Part shown: in pieces, positions 48,810-58,281 of the stretch
How the letters are laid out: each line of letters begins with the position of its first letter
Position numbering within the stretch: position 1 is the first letter of the stretch
DNA from: Polyangiaceae bacterium
Lineage (GTDB): Bacteria > Myxococcota_A > Polyangia > Polyangiales > Polyangiaceae
Reading direction: 5' to 3'
Length of the DNA: 64,000 nt
NCBI GenBank assembly: GCA_050287085.1
Contig: JBNKBE010000004.1
Coordinates: 1-64,000, forward strand
Position numbers and translations under genes: made by a program
The notes under the pieces: model-generated
The model's database searches: none
The model's input: only the letters and a program-made list of their open reading frames with translations
What the model was told of the DNA's origin: nothing

Positions 48810-50426
48810 GTGACGGTCGAGCACGTAGATTTCTTGGTGTTGGGCAGCGGCGTAGCCGGGTTGACCTTTGCGTTGCGAATGGCACGCCACGGCCGTGTTG
48901 CCGTCGCGACGAAGCGAAGCGGTAACGATTCGGCGACGCGCTGGGCTCAAGGGGGGGTGGCCGCAGTGTTGTCCGGCGAAGACAGCTTTGCACAACACGT
49001 GGAGGACACCAAGCTGGTCGGCTGTGGTATCTGCCACGACGACGCTGTTAGGGCGTGTGTGGAAGGTGCGCCGGATGAGATTCGCTGGCTGGTCGAGCTG
49101 GGCGCTCGTTTCGACTCCGATCCTGACGGGGAGCTCAACCTTGGACGCGAAGGAGGCCACCAGGCGCGGCGTATCGTGCATTCCTTGGACGCGACCGGTC
49201 AGGAAATCCAGCGGACCCTGCTCGAGGCCGTTGCTCGCGAGCCGAACATCGAGTTGCTCGAGTGGCATATGGGGGTCGAGCTCATCATGCAGAGCCGGCT
49301 GGGAGGCCCTGAGCGCTGCATCGGGGCTTATGTCTTGGACGAGCGGCGGGGCGTTGTGGAAACACGGCTGGCCCGGGCAACAGTGCTGGCAACCGGCGGC
49401 GCCGGGAAGGTGTATCTATATACGACCAATCCCGACGTGGCGACCGGCGATGGGCTGGCTATGGCTTATCGAGCGGGCGCGGAAGTGGCGAATCTCGAGT
49501 TCTACCAGTTTCACCCAACGTGCCTATTCCATCCGGCAGCGAAGAGTTTTTTGATTTCGGAAGCGCTGCGCGGTGAGGGAGCGGTGTTGCGCTTGCCAGA
49601 CGGGGATGCGTTCATGCCGCGGCACCACGCGATGGCGGACCTCGCTCCGCGCGATGTGGTCGCTCGGGCTATCGACTTCGAGATGAAGCGGACGGGGTCG
49701 GAACACGTCTTTCTCGACATCCGCCACAAGAGTGCCGACTATCTCGAGCAGCGTTTTCCGGTGATCTCCGAGCGGTGCGCGGAACTCGGAATAGACATTG
49801 CGCGGGAGCCGATCCCGGTCGTTCCGGCGGCGCACTACATGTGTGGCGGTGTGAGCTGTGACCTCTACGGGCGCAGTACGTTGCCGGGCCTCTTCGTTCT
49901 CGGAGAAACGGCTTGTACGGGGCTGCATGGTGCCAATCGTCTCGCCTCGAACTCCCTGCTTGAGGGCTTGGTGTTCGCGCATCGCGCGGCTCGTTTGCTC
50001 GAGGCAGAGCTCCCTCAGCTTCGGTCTTCGCCTTGGCCCCAGGCGCCGGAGTGGCAGACGGGGGGAGCGGTTGCGAGCGACGAGGCAGTGGTCGTGTCCC
50101 ACAGCTGGGATGAGTTGAGGAGAACGATGTGGAACTACGTCGGAATCGTGCGGAGTAATACGCGCTTGCGCCGGGCGTCGCGGCGTCTAGCCGTGCTGGA
50201 GGAGGAAATTCGCGAGTACTATTGGAAGAGCCTGGTCAATCGCGACTTGTTGGAACTGCGCAATATCGCGGCTGTTGCGCAGCTGATCGTCGAGTTTGCG
50301 ATGGCCCGTCGCGAGAGCCGTGGCCTGCACTACACAACTGACTATTCGGCGACGGAAGAGGCTTTTGCCGCCGACATGGTGGCCAAGCGCGGAGTGCCGG
50401 CCCACCTCACATCCCGCGTATTGTAG
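48810..50426 (+). CDS. nadB: L-aspartate oxidase
   Basis: GSGVAGL, WAQGGVAAV, EGGH..RRIVH..DATG, QFHPT, SEALRGEG, LHGANRLASNSLLE. Confidence 0.96.
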   Translation: MTVEHVDFLVLGSGVAGLTFALRMARHGRVAVATKRSGNDSATRWAQGGVAAVLSGEDSFAQHVEDTKLVGCGICHDDAVRACVEGAPDEIRWLVELGARFDSDPDGELNLGREGGHQARRIVHSLDATGQEIQRTLLEAVAREPNIELLEWHMGVELIMQSRLGGPERCIGAYVLDERRGVVETRLARATVLATGGAGKVYLYTTNPDVATGDGLAMAYRAGAEVANLEFYQFHPTCLFHPAAKSFLISEALRGEGAVLRLPDGDAFMPRHHAMADLAPRDVVARAIDFEMKRTGSEHVFLDIRHKSADYLEQRFPVISERCAELGIDIAREPIPVVPAAHYMCGGVSCDLYGRSTLPGLFVLGETACTGLHGANRLASNSLLEGLVFAHRAARLLEAELPQLRSSPWPQAPEWQTGGAVASDEAVVVSHSWDELRRTMWNYVGIVRSNTRLRRASRRLAVLEEEIREYYWKSLVNRDLLELRNIAAVAQLIVEFAMARRESRGLHYTTDYSATEEAFAADMVAKRGVPAHLTSRVL

Positions 50427-50445
50427 GGCGAAAGCACAAGCTCTG

Positions 50446-51198
50446 ATGTCCCCGGTCGCGGCCCTTATTTGGTGTATTGCGGCCTGGCTTGGGCTCCGCG
50501 CGGCTGTTTCTTTGGTCTTGCTCGCGCCGGTAGAGCCTCCCTTTCTTGCCCCAGCCCTGACGTCTGTGTCGGTGGTGGTCTTGGGGGGAGGGGCCCTGGT
50601 TCAGCAACGCCTGCGGGGGCCGAGTCGGGCGCTCGAATCCAAGGTGCCACTTCGTGGGCGGTGGATCATCGCGGCGGCCGCGGTCGGGGCTGGCCTTCAG
50701 CCGGGAGCGGAGCTTGCGAGTCGCGCCGTGGAGCGGGCATTTCCCTTGGCCCCGGAGGTACTCGCCGCGCGCTCCGAGCTCTTTGTCGCCGAAGACCTGC
50801 TGTCGTGGGTGATGCTTGGGGTGGCGGTGGGCGTCGTCGGACCGATTGCGGAGGAGTTGTTCTACCGCGGCCCGCTTTTTACGCGTCTTGAGCAGGGCTC
50901 CGGTGCTCTGGTGGCAGGAGGAGTAACGGCTTCGGCTTTCGTTCTGGGCCATCCGGAGCCGCGGCAGTGGGCCGCCCTGACGATGGTCACGGTAGTTCTC
51001 ACTTGGCTGCGCATTCGAGGGCGATCGCTGGCGGGACCCGTGGCGATGCACGTGGCCTTCAACACGACGGCGCTTGCGCTGGGGGGGCTGGACCTCGACT
51101 TTGGGGCGCCCAGCGTGGCGGCGCTAGGCCTTGGCTTCGGGGGTACGGGCTTGGCTCTGGCCTTGCTCTCGTGGATGCGGCGTACTAGCAGTGCGTGA
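50446..51198 (+). CDS. CPBP (type II CAAX/Abi) intramembrane protease
   Basis: Multiple TMs; EELFYRG, F...H, H..FN motifs. Confidence 0.88.
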   Translation: MSPVAALIWCIAAWLGLRAAVSLVLLAPVEPPFLAPALTSVSVVVLGGGALVQQRLRGPSRALESKVPLRGRWIIAAAAVGAGLQPGAELASRAVERAFPLAPEVLAARSELFVAEDLLSWVMLGVAVGVVGPIAEELFYRGPLFTRLEQGSGALVAGGVTASAFVLGHPEPRQWAALTMVTVVLTWLRIRGRSLAGPVAMHVAFNTTALALGGLDLDFGAPSVAALGLGFGGTGLALALLSWMRRTSSA

Positions 51199-52294
51199 CG
51201 TGGCGGTCGAAGCGAGCAGTGGTGGGAGCGGCGAAGAGCGCCTGGCGCTTTGCTTCACCGGTGGGGGCGCCATGGGATCTATGTACCAGGTGGGGGCCGT
51301 GGCGGCGCTGGAGGACTCGCTCGCAGGATTCTGCGCCAACGCCTGTGACCTATTTGTCGGCACCTCGAGCGGGGCCTGCGTTGCCGCGGCGCTTGCGGGG
51401 CAGCAGCCAGTACTGCGGCTGTACCGGGCCTTGCTCGATCCAGCCGACGACTACTTTCCACTCGAGCGCAAGCACGTGCTGCAGATGGACGCTCGGGAGT
51501 GGCGCCGAACCATAACGTCGGCACTGCGCGCGCTCAGTCATAGTTCTCGTGCGGTCTTTTCGAGCGCGGAGGCCAGTCGTCAGGATCCGTGGCAGGAACT
51601 CAGCCGGCTCTATGATTCCCTACCCGCCGGTCTGTTTTCATTAGAAGGTTTTGAACGCTTCTTCGAGACGCAGCTCGAGCGGCGCCGGGTGCCGACGCAT
51701 TTCGACGATCTGACAAAAGAGCTGCGTATCATCGCTCACGAATTGGACACGGGACGGGGTGTTGTTTTCGGAAGCGAAGGCTGGCGCCATGTTCCGATCC
51801 CTCGGGCCGTGACCGCGTCCATGGCGATGCCGCCGCTCTTCACGCCCGTTGCGATCGGTGGACAGCACTACTTGGATCCAGCACCATCGCAGATCTCTCA
51901 CGTCGATGTCGCGATGGACTTCGGCGCAAGGCGAATCTTGGTCGTTAACCCGCTGGTTCCGCTGCGGGTCAGTGAGGTGCCCACGGGGCATGGCGTGCGC
52001 TCTAGTTTGCGGGACAAGGGGGCGATGTGGGTAGGTAATCAGGCCAACCGCATCAAGGTGCATAGCCTGTTGACGGCGGCCGCTGAGCGAGCTCGGGCTC
52101 GCGGCGGGCGAGTTCTCGTAGTCGAGCCGGAGCCGACCGACGGTACCCTGTTTCTGCACAATGCAGCCAACTTCGCAGCCCGGCGCAGCGTTCTCGAATT
52201 TGCCTACGTGCAGACGTGCGCAGCGGTACGAGGCTGGGCTGCCGACGGGACATTGGGTCAGCTCGGGCTCGAGCCCAAGGAGAGCGCGCAGTGA
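51191..52294 (+). CDS. Patatin-like phospholipase
   Basis: GGGAMG oxyanion motif, GTSSG nucleophile, ASMAMP, YLDPA (variant of DGG). Confidence 0.88.
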   Translation: MRDVAVEASSGGSGEERLALCFTGGGAMGSMYQVGAVAALEDSLAGFCANACDLFVGTSSGACVAAALAGQQPVLRLYRALLDPADDYFPLERKHVLQMDAREWRRTITSALRALSHSSRAVFSSAEASRQDPWQELSRLYDSLPAGLFSLEGFERFFETQLERRRVPTHFDDLTKELRIIAHELDTGRGVVFGSEGWRHVPIPRAVTASMAMPPLFTPVAIGGQHYLDPAPSQISHVDVAMDFGARRILVVNPLVPLRVSEVPTGHGVRSSLRDKGAMWVGNQANRIKVHSLLTAAAERARARGGRVLVVEPEPTDGTLFLHNAANFAARRSVLEFAYVQTCAAVRGWAADGTLGQLGLEPKESAQ

Positions 52295-52770
52295 AGCCCC
52301 AGTCGTGTTGGGGGCCCATAGTCGTTTGCTGCTTGGCAGCGCTTTGCGGCTGCAAAGAACACTACCGAATTGGGGATCGCGTGATCGTCAAATGGTGTGA
52401 GGGCGAATACCCCGCGTTCATCGTGGCTCAACGTGGAGCGGGGCTTTATCGTGTTCATCTGGAGGACTACGATTCGCGCTGGGACACGGACGTGGGGCTT
52501 GAAGAAGTCGTGCGCCGGCAGGACTTCCCTGGAGGGGCCGCACCCCCGCTGTGTCCACGCGTTGCCAGGGCGCTTGGGCTTGATGACGCGAAGCTGGGCC
52601 GAGGCGGACCGCAGGTGGGTGCTCGCATCAAAGTAACTTTTCGCGGCTCGGTCTACCGCGCGACCGTGAAGAAAGTGCTCGGAACGGACCGCTTTCTGGT
52701 CAGCTATGACGGGCATTCTTCCGCTTGGGACGAAGTCATCAGCGCCGAGCGCATTGTAGGGGGAGGCTAA
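52291..52770 (+). CDS. Lipoprotein with two Tudor/chromo-barrel (Agenet-like) domains
   Basis: LCG-C lipobox; two units: GDRVIVKW...YPAFI...YRVHLEDYDSRWD and GARIKVTF...YRATV...FLVSYDGHSSAWDEVI. Confidence 0.72.
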   Translation: MKPQSCWGPIVVCCLAALCGCKEHYRIGDRVIVKWCEGEYPAFIVAQRGAGLYRVHLEDYDSRWDTDVGLEEVVRRQDFPGGAAPPLCPRVARALGLDDAKLGRGGPQVGARIKVTFRGSVYRATVKKVLGTDRFLVSYDGHSSAWDEVISAERIVGGG

Positions 52771-53243
52771 TGGGCTCGCAGGCGATAGGGGAGCAGACCG
52801 GGCCGCGGGCTCTGCTCGATGCAGGCCGCCCGAGGGCGTACGGTAGGACTGGCGGCAAGCCCGATCGGGGCGCCGGCTCGACTCAGCGCTGCGCGCAGGG
52901 CCGCTCGCTCCGGGCGACTGAAGGCTTGTGGCTGCGTCAGCCAGTAGCGGCGTGCGGCCTCGAGATGTGGCGAGGCTTCCATGACGTCGCCTAGGGCCAG
53001 AAAGTTGAGCCCCAGATAGAGCTGCAGGCTCGGATCGTCGCCGCCGGCGGCCTGAGCTTCGCAGAGGGCAGCCGCAGCTTGCGCGTATCGACCCTGCTCG
53101 TAGGCGGAGCGAGCGCTCGAAAGCGGTCCGCTGCAACCGACCCAGACCCACCACGCCAGTGCAAGAGCGAGCGCGGCGACCGGCGGACGGCTTGCCGCCC
53201 GCCGAGCGCGGCGTCGGAGGGGGAACGAAGGCGAGTGCGTCAT
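52767..53243 (-). CDS. Small hypothetical lipoprotein with TPR-like helices
   Basis: Hydrophobic segment ending WVG-C; AYEQGRYAQAAA...LYLGLNFLALG. Confidence 0.6.
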   Translation of the reverse strand: MTHSPSFPLRRRARRAASRPPVAALALALAWWVWVGCSGPLSSARSAYEQGRYAQAAAALCEAQAAGGDDPSLQLYLGLNFLALGDVMEASPHLEAARRYWLTQPQAFSRPERAALRAALSRAGAPIGLAASPTVRPRAACIEQSPRPGLLPYRLRAH

Positions 53244-53294
53244 GGGCCCCGGTCGGGCGAGAGCCCGGCCAGTTGCTCGAAATGTGCGCTGAGT

Positions 53295-54971
53295 CTAGGA
53301 TTCGCTCGCGTCGACCTGGGGGTCGGCAGGGGGCAGTCGCTCCGCCAGCGCGGCGAGCAGCTGGTCCAGGCCGGGACGATCGGCTGCGCTGATCCCCACG
53401 ACGTCCGGGGTCTCCGCAATGGCAGCGCGTTCTTCCGCCGAGAGTAGGTCGATCTTGTTCTTGCACAAGAGCCGCGGCAGTTGGTCGAGCCCGAGCTCAC
53501 GCATCAGCTTCTCCGTTGTCGCCAGGTGCTCATCATGTTCGGGATCGCTGGCGTCTACCACTTCGACCAGCAGATCGGCGTCGCGGGCCTCTTCGAAAGT
53601 GGAGCGAAACGCCGCGAAGAGATCCTTAGGCATGTTGCGGATGAAGCCCACCGTATCCGCCATGACCGCCATTCGCCCTCCCGGAAGGTGTAAGCGTCGG
53701 GCCCGTGTGTCGAGTGTGGCAAAGAGCTTGTCCTCCGCCAGTACACCCGCCCCGGTAAGAGTGTTGAGCAGTGTGCTCTTGCCAGCGTTGGTGTAGCCCA
53801 CGATGGCGATCATGGGATCTTGGCTCTGTACCCGCCGCTTGCGCTTTTCGGTGCGTTGCGCCTCGGCGTGTCGCAGCTCCCGTTCGAGCCGCGCAACCCG
53901 TTCCCGCGCGCGACGCCTTCCGATTTCCAACTTGGTCTCGCCGGGGCCCCTGCCGCCAATACCGCCAGTGAGGCGGCTGAGCGCGTCGTCCTTCTGTCCT
54001 AGCCGCGGCAAACGATACTTGAGCTGCGCGAGCTCGACCTGCAACTTGCCGTCCTTGGTCTGGGCTCGCTGTGCGAAGATGTCGAGGATCAGCTGGGTGC
54101 GATCGATGACCTGCAAGTCGGTCTGAGCGGCGATCCCCGAGGCTTGGGCTGGAGATAGCTCGCGATCGAAAATCAACAGGCCGGCGTCATGATCGATAGC
54201 CCGCATCACGACGTCTTCGAGCTTACCGCGACCGAGGACCAGCTTGGGATCGACTCGATCTCTCAGTTGTAGGATGGTTTCGGCGACCGTGACGCCGGCC
54301 GTCTGGGCGAGGCTTTCCAGCTCGCGCAGACTCGACCGCGCTTTGAGGGAAGCGCCGGCCTTGCCCTTCTCCCCGACGTGTATGAGCAGAGCCCGCTCTT
54401 GGGTCACCTGCCGCGTGCGGGAACGGCGCGCGAACTCGTCTTCGAGGGCTCGGATGAGGGCCTCGAAGTCTGGTAGGGGGCGACCCCAGGGCTGCGGGCC
54501 GTATACCTCATAGGGCAGCGAGGTGTTGCCTTTGCTTCTCGCCGGCTCCTGCGGGACGCAGTGGGCCCACGTCACGCTTCGGACGTCGAATTCGGGGGAG
54601 ACGAGCAGGGCGCATACGGCGTCGAGGCGCAGGCGTGTTAGATCCACGAGATCGTCGTGGGTGAGGGGTTCGCCGTAGAGATGAGTGTGCACCAGCCGGA
54701 GCCCACGAAACCTGCCTTGGGCCGCACGCAGCCGGCCGATGTCGGGCAGCATCAACCCCGTCGCATTGCCAACGATCACCCATTCGACGCGGCCGGAGCG
54801 ATGGACCAACGCGCCGACCTGGCGCTTGCTTTCTCGCGACGCATCACAGAGATTCTTGGCGAGTTCTGGACTGGTGAGAGCCTGCGCCGGAACGCGCCGA
54901 CGGTAGAGGCGCTCCAGGGTGGAGCGAGCGTGAGGTGAGAGGCCAGCGGTGTTTCCGAACAATTCGGGCAT
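53295..54971 (-). CDS. hflX: Ribosome-splitting GTPase HflX (long N-terminal form)
   Basis: DRTQLILDIFAQRA, GKLQVELAQL, GGIGGRGPGETKLE, GYTNAGKST, LFATLD, DTVGFI, NKID. Confidence 0.96.
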   Translation of the reverse strand: MPELFGNTAGLSPHARSTLERLYRRRVPAQALTSPELAKNLCDASRESKRQVGALVHRSGRVEWVIVGNATGLMLPDIGRLRAAQGRFRGLRLVHTHLYGEPLTHDDLVDLTRLRLDAVCALLVSPEFDVRSVTWAHCVPQEPARSKGNTSLPYEVYGPQPWGRPLPDFEALIRALEDEFARRSRTRQVTQERALLIHVGEKGKAGASLKARSSLRELESLAQTAGVTVAETILQLRDRVDPKLVLGRGKLEDVVMRAIDHDAGLLIFDRELSPAQASGIAAQTDLQVIDRTQLILDIFAQRAQTKDGKLQVELAQLKYRLPRLGQKDDALSRLTGGIGGRGPGETKLEIGRRRARERVARLERELRHAEAQRTEKRKRRVQSQDPMIAIVGYTNAGKSTLLNTLTGAGVLAEDKLFATLDTRARRLHLPGGRMAVMADTVGFIRNMPKDLFAAFRSTFEEARDADLLVEVVDASDPEHDEHLATTEKLMRELGLDQLPRLLCKNKIDLLSAEERAAIAETPDVVGISAADRPGLDQLLAALAERLPPADPQVDASES

Positions 54972-55072
54972 GTGAAGCGTCGAGCTATAACACAGGGCCC
55001 CCGCGTCCGGTAACGCCACCGCGATTCGGATAGTGCTTGACCGGCGCGGGCGAGCTCCGCCAAGACAGCGCC

Positions 55073-56029
55073 GTGGCCTTGCTCACCCCTATGTCCCTGG
55101 ACGAAGCGCAGGTGTTGGGACGTTGTTTCGACGTCGAAGTCCGTCGCGTCGAGGCGCTTACGTCCGGGAGCGTGAACTCCAACTTCACAGTCGAGACCAC
55201 GTCTGGGACGCGACTCTTTGGCCGCATTTTCGAAGAGCAAGACGAGGCGGGCGCCGAGCGCGAAACGCGGCTGCTCCGCGAGTTGCACGCTCTCGGCCTG
55301 CCCGGGGCGCTGCCGCTGCCCGTTCGGGGGGCTGGGTCACTGCCGGCGTTGCGCGGCAAGCCCTTTGCCCTCTACGAATGGGTTTCGGGGCGCGACCTAT
55401 GTCTTGGCGGCGTGCGTTCGGAGCATCTGGAGGAGCTAGGTCGTACCCTGGCGCGTTTGCATCTGGCCAGTAGCAGGGTAACACCTCTGCCCACGTCGCG
55501 CTTCGGCGCAGCTGAGTTGCGGCGGCGCCTTGCGAGCGTCCGCGCCGCGGGGCGGGGCTTTGATGATGCGGTGGCGCTTATCGAGAAGAAGTTGGCTCAC
55601 TACGAAGCGTTGTTGCCGACGGGAGCCTTGCCGGAGGGGTTGGTGCACGGAGACCTGTTCCGCGACAACGTGTTGTGGTCGGACGGAGCCATCAGTGCAC
55701 TACTAGACTTCGAATCGGCGTCCCATGGGGTCTTCCTATACGACCTGCTCGTGTGTGCTTGCGCGTGGTGCTACACTAGCAAGTTCGAGCCAAGCCGTTT
55801 GATGGCGCTTCGGGACGGCTATCAGCGCGAGCGAGTGCTGCTGGCCAGCGAGAGAGAGCACGCCGCGACAGTGGGCGCGCTCGTCTGCTTGCGCTTTGCG
55901 ACGACCCGTTTGACCGACTTCGAACTCCGCGCGGTGCCGCCTGAGCCGCCGGCGCGCGACTATCGGCGCTTTCTCGCTCGCTTGGAGGCGATCGAGCAGG
56001 GCGCCCTCAACCCCCTGTTGGAGCTATGA
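55073..56029 (+). CDS. thrB: Homoserine kinase type II (APH-like fold)
   Basis: GSVNSNF, LARLHLA, LPEGLVHGDLFRDNVL, LLDF, LRF..TRL.D. Confidence 0.82.
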   Translation: MALLTPMSLDEAQVLGRCFDVEVRRVEALTSGSVNSNFTVETTSGTRLFGRIFEEQDEAGAERETRLLRELHALGLPGALPLPVRGAGSLPALRGKPFALYEWVSGRDLCLGGVRSEHLEELGRTLARLHLASSRVTPLPTSRFGAAELRRRLASVRAAGRGFDDAVALIEKKLAHYEALLPTGALPEGLVHGDLFRDNVLWSDGAISALLDFESASHGVFLYDLLVCACAWCYTSKFEPSRLMALRDGYQRERVLLASEREHAATVGALVCLRFATTRLTDFELRAVPPEPPARDYRRFLARLEAIEQGALNPLLEL

Positions 56030-56033
56030 GAAA

Positions 56034-57419
56034 ATGAGTGGAGCACGTGGTGGTCGTCTTCCGGATGCTGTCGAGCCGGCCATGCAGGCGCTCAATCAGA
56101 GCGTTGATGTCGACTGGCAGCTGTGGCGCGCAGACATCCGTGGCTCTCAGGTGCACGCGCGCGGCTTAGCCCGCGCGGGGATCATCTCGGAGCAGGAGGC
56201 CGAAACGCTGGTCACCGGTCTGGCTCAGGTCGCAGATGAAATCGAGTCTGGTGCCTTTGCCTGGGACCCTGTTCGCGAAGATGTGCATATGAACATCGAA
56301 GCGCGACTGACCGAGATCGTGGGCTCCGTGGGCGGTAAGTTGCACACGGGGCGCTCGCGCAACGATCAAGTGGCGACAGACCTTCGGCTCTGGACTCGTG
56401 ACGCTCTAGACGATGTGATGACGGCAACTAGCGACCTCGCAGCCGCGATCATCGCTCGCGCCGAGGAGCACATCGAGGTTCTCATGCCGGCGTATACCCA
56501 CCTGCAGCGGGGGCAGCCAAGCCGGCTCTCGCACCACTTGATGGCGTGGCAGGAGCTGCTATGGCGCGACCATGGCCGGCTCGCGGACGCACGCGCCAGG
56601 CTCAATGAGTGTCCGCTGGGCGCTGGAGCGGTGGCAGGAAGTGGCTTTCCGCTCGCTAGGGAGTGGGTTGCGGCGGAACTTGGCTTCGACGGCCCGATGC
56701 AGAACTCCCTAGACGCGACTGCCAGTCGTGACTTCCTCATGGAAGGGTTGTCGGCCCTCGCGATCCTCGGCACGCATCTGTCGCGAATCGGCGAAGAACT
56801 GGTCTTGTGGTCGACGTATGAGTTTGGGTTCGTGACCTTGAGCGATCGTTTCTCGACGAGTTCGAGCATGATGCCGCAGAAGAAGAACCCCGACGTGGCC
56901 GAACTGGTGCGAGGAAAAGCTGCTCGTGCCATTGGAAACCTGACAACGCTGCTGGTGCTGGAGAAGAGTCTCTGCTTTGGCTATGGCCGGGATCTTCAGG
57001 AGGACAAGCTGCCCGCTTTCGACGCGTTCGAAGCCGTTGCCCAGAGTCTGCGAGCCCTGACCGGAGCGATCGCGACCTTGCGCTTCAATCGGGATCGCCT
57101 GGAAGGGGCGCTTGAACAAGGTCACGTTTGCGCCACTGACTTGGCAGATCTCCTGGTCACGCAGGGTGTGCCGTTTCGGGAGGCTCACCACATTGTGGGG
57201 CACTTGGTGCGCGTGGCAGAGGACCAGGGTGTGCAGTTGTCGCAGCTATCACGGGCGAGTCTGGCCAGCGCGCACCCAACGCTGATGGACTTGGACGTCA
57301 GCAGCGCGCTGGATCCTGGTCAGGCTGTCGAGCGTCGGCAGCTGGTAGGAGGCCCCGCCCGCGCCAGGGTCGAAGCCGCAATCCGTCAAGCCCGCGAGCG
57401 GTGGGGGACGCCCGCGTAG
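56034..57419 (+). CDS. argH: Argininosuccinate lyase
   Basis: EDVHMNIE, KLHTGRSRNDQ, YTHLQR, SSMMPQKKNPD, DLQEDK, GVPFREAH. Confidence 0.97.
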   Translation: MSGARGGRLPDAVEPAMQALNQSVDVDWQLWRADIRGSQVHARGLARAGIISEQEAETLVTGLAQVADEIESGAFAWDPVREDVHMNIEARLTEIVGSVGGKLHTGRSRNDQVATDLRLWTRDALDDVMTATSDLAAAIIARAEEHIEVLMPAYTHLQRGQPSRLSHHLMAWQELLWRDHGRLADARARLNECPLGAGAVAGSGFPLAREWVAAELGFDGPMQNSLDATASRDFLMEGLSALAILGTHLSRIGEELVLWSTYEFGFVTLSDRFSTSSSMMPQKKNPDVAELVRGKAARAIGNLTTLLVLEKSLCFGYGRDLQEDKLPAFDAFEAVAQSLRALTGAIATLRFNRDRLEGALEQGHVCATDLADLLVTQGVPFREAHHIVGHLVRVAEDQGVQLSQLSRASLASAHPTLMDLDVSSALDPGQAVERRQLVGGPARARVEAAIRQARERWGTPA

Positions 57420-57546
57420 GGCCGGTCATCATCGCCGCGCCGATCACCGACCGTCGCCGCGCCAGAGTGTTGCTTCGGTCGCGTCCGGTGTTTCCTCGGT
57501 GGCGCTCCGTCCGTATTGGACTACGATCTTGTTTCAGGAGTAACAC

Positions 57547-58281
57547 GTGCAGCTGGACTTCTTGGCCCGAGAGCTCACCGTAAAGCTCGTCTACTACGGT
57601 CCGGCGTTGAGCGGCAAGACGACGAACCTACAAGCGCTTCATGACGCGTCGGACGCTCGAAGTCGCGGTCGTCTAATGACGCTTGAGACGAAGGATGACC
57701 GGACGCTATTCTTCGACCTACTACCGCTCACTTTTCGCGGTCAGGGAGACGTGGCTGTGCGCTTGAAGGTGTTCACGGTGCCCGGTCAGGTCATTCATTC
57801 CTCTACTCGGCGCTTGGTGGTACAGGGGGCAGACGGCCTTGCATTTGTGGCTGACTCCCAGTGCTCAGAGACGCAGCACAATGGAGAGTCTTTTTTGGAC
57901 TTGAAGAAGAACCTGAAGACCAACGGTATCGAGCTGCGGGACCTGCCCCTGATAATCCAGTTCAACAAGCGCGATTTGCCCGAGGTGCGCAGCGACAGCG
58001 AGTTGGGAGCCCTGGCTTCGAAGGGCAAGGAGCCTGTGTACCTAGCGGTGGCCACTGAGGGAGAGGGTGTGGTGGAAAGCTTCATGGGGCTGCTCACTCT
58101 CACCTGGGCTCGGCTCGAAGCGGAGCATCACCTGGCTCAGAAGTTTGGGCTTGACGGTGCTAGGTTACTGTCCGACGTCGCGCTGCGCCTGGGTTGTGCA
58201 GTCGGGAGTGAGAACCCGGCCTTTCGCTGCCTCGGCGGTCGTGAGCGCTTTCGTTCTTTGTTGGGGGTGGGGCATGGTTGA
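57547..58281 (+). CDS. MglA/SofG-family small Ras-like GTPase
   Basis: KLVYYGPALSGKTTNL, DRTLFFDLLP, TVPGQ, FVADSQ, QFNKRDL. Confidence 0.9.
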   Translation: MQLDFLARELTVKLVYYGPALSGKTTNLQALHDASDARSRGRLMTLETKDDRTLFFDLLPLTFRGQGDVAVRLKVFTVPGQVIHSSTRRLVVQGADGLAFVADSQCSETQHNGESFLDLKKNLKTNGIELRDLPLIIQFNKRDLPEVRSDSELGALASKGKEPVYLAVATEGEGVVESFMGLLTLTWARLEAEHHLAQKFGLDGARLLSDVALRLGCAVGSENPAFRCLGGRERFRSLLGVGHG

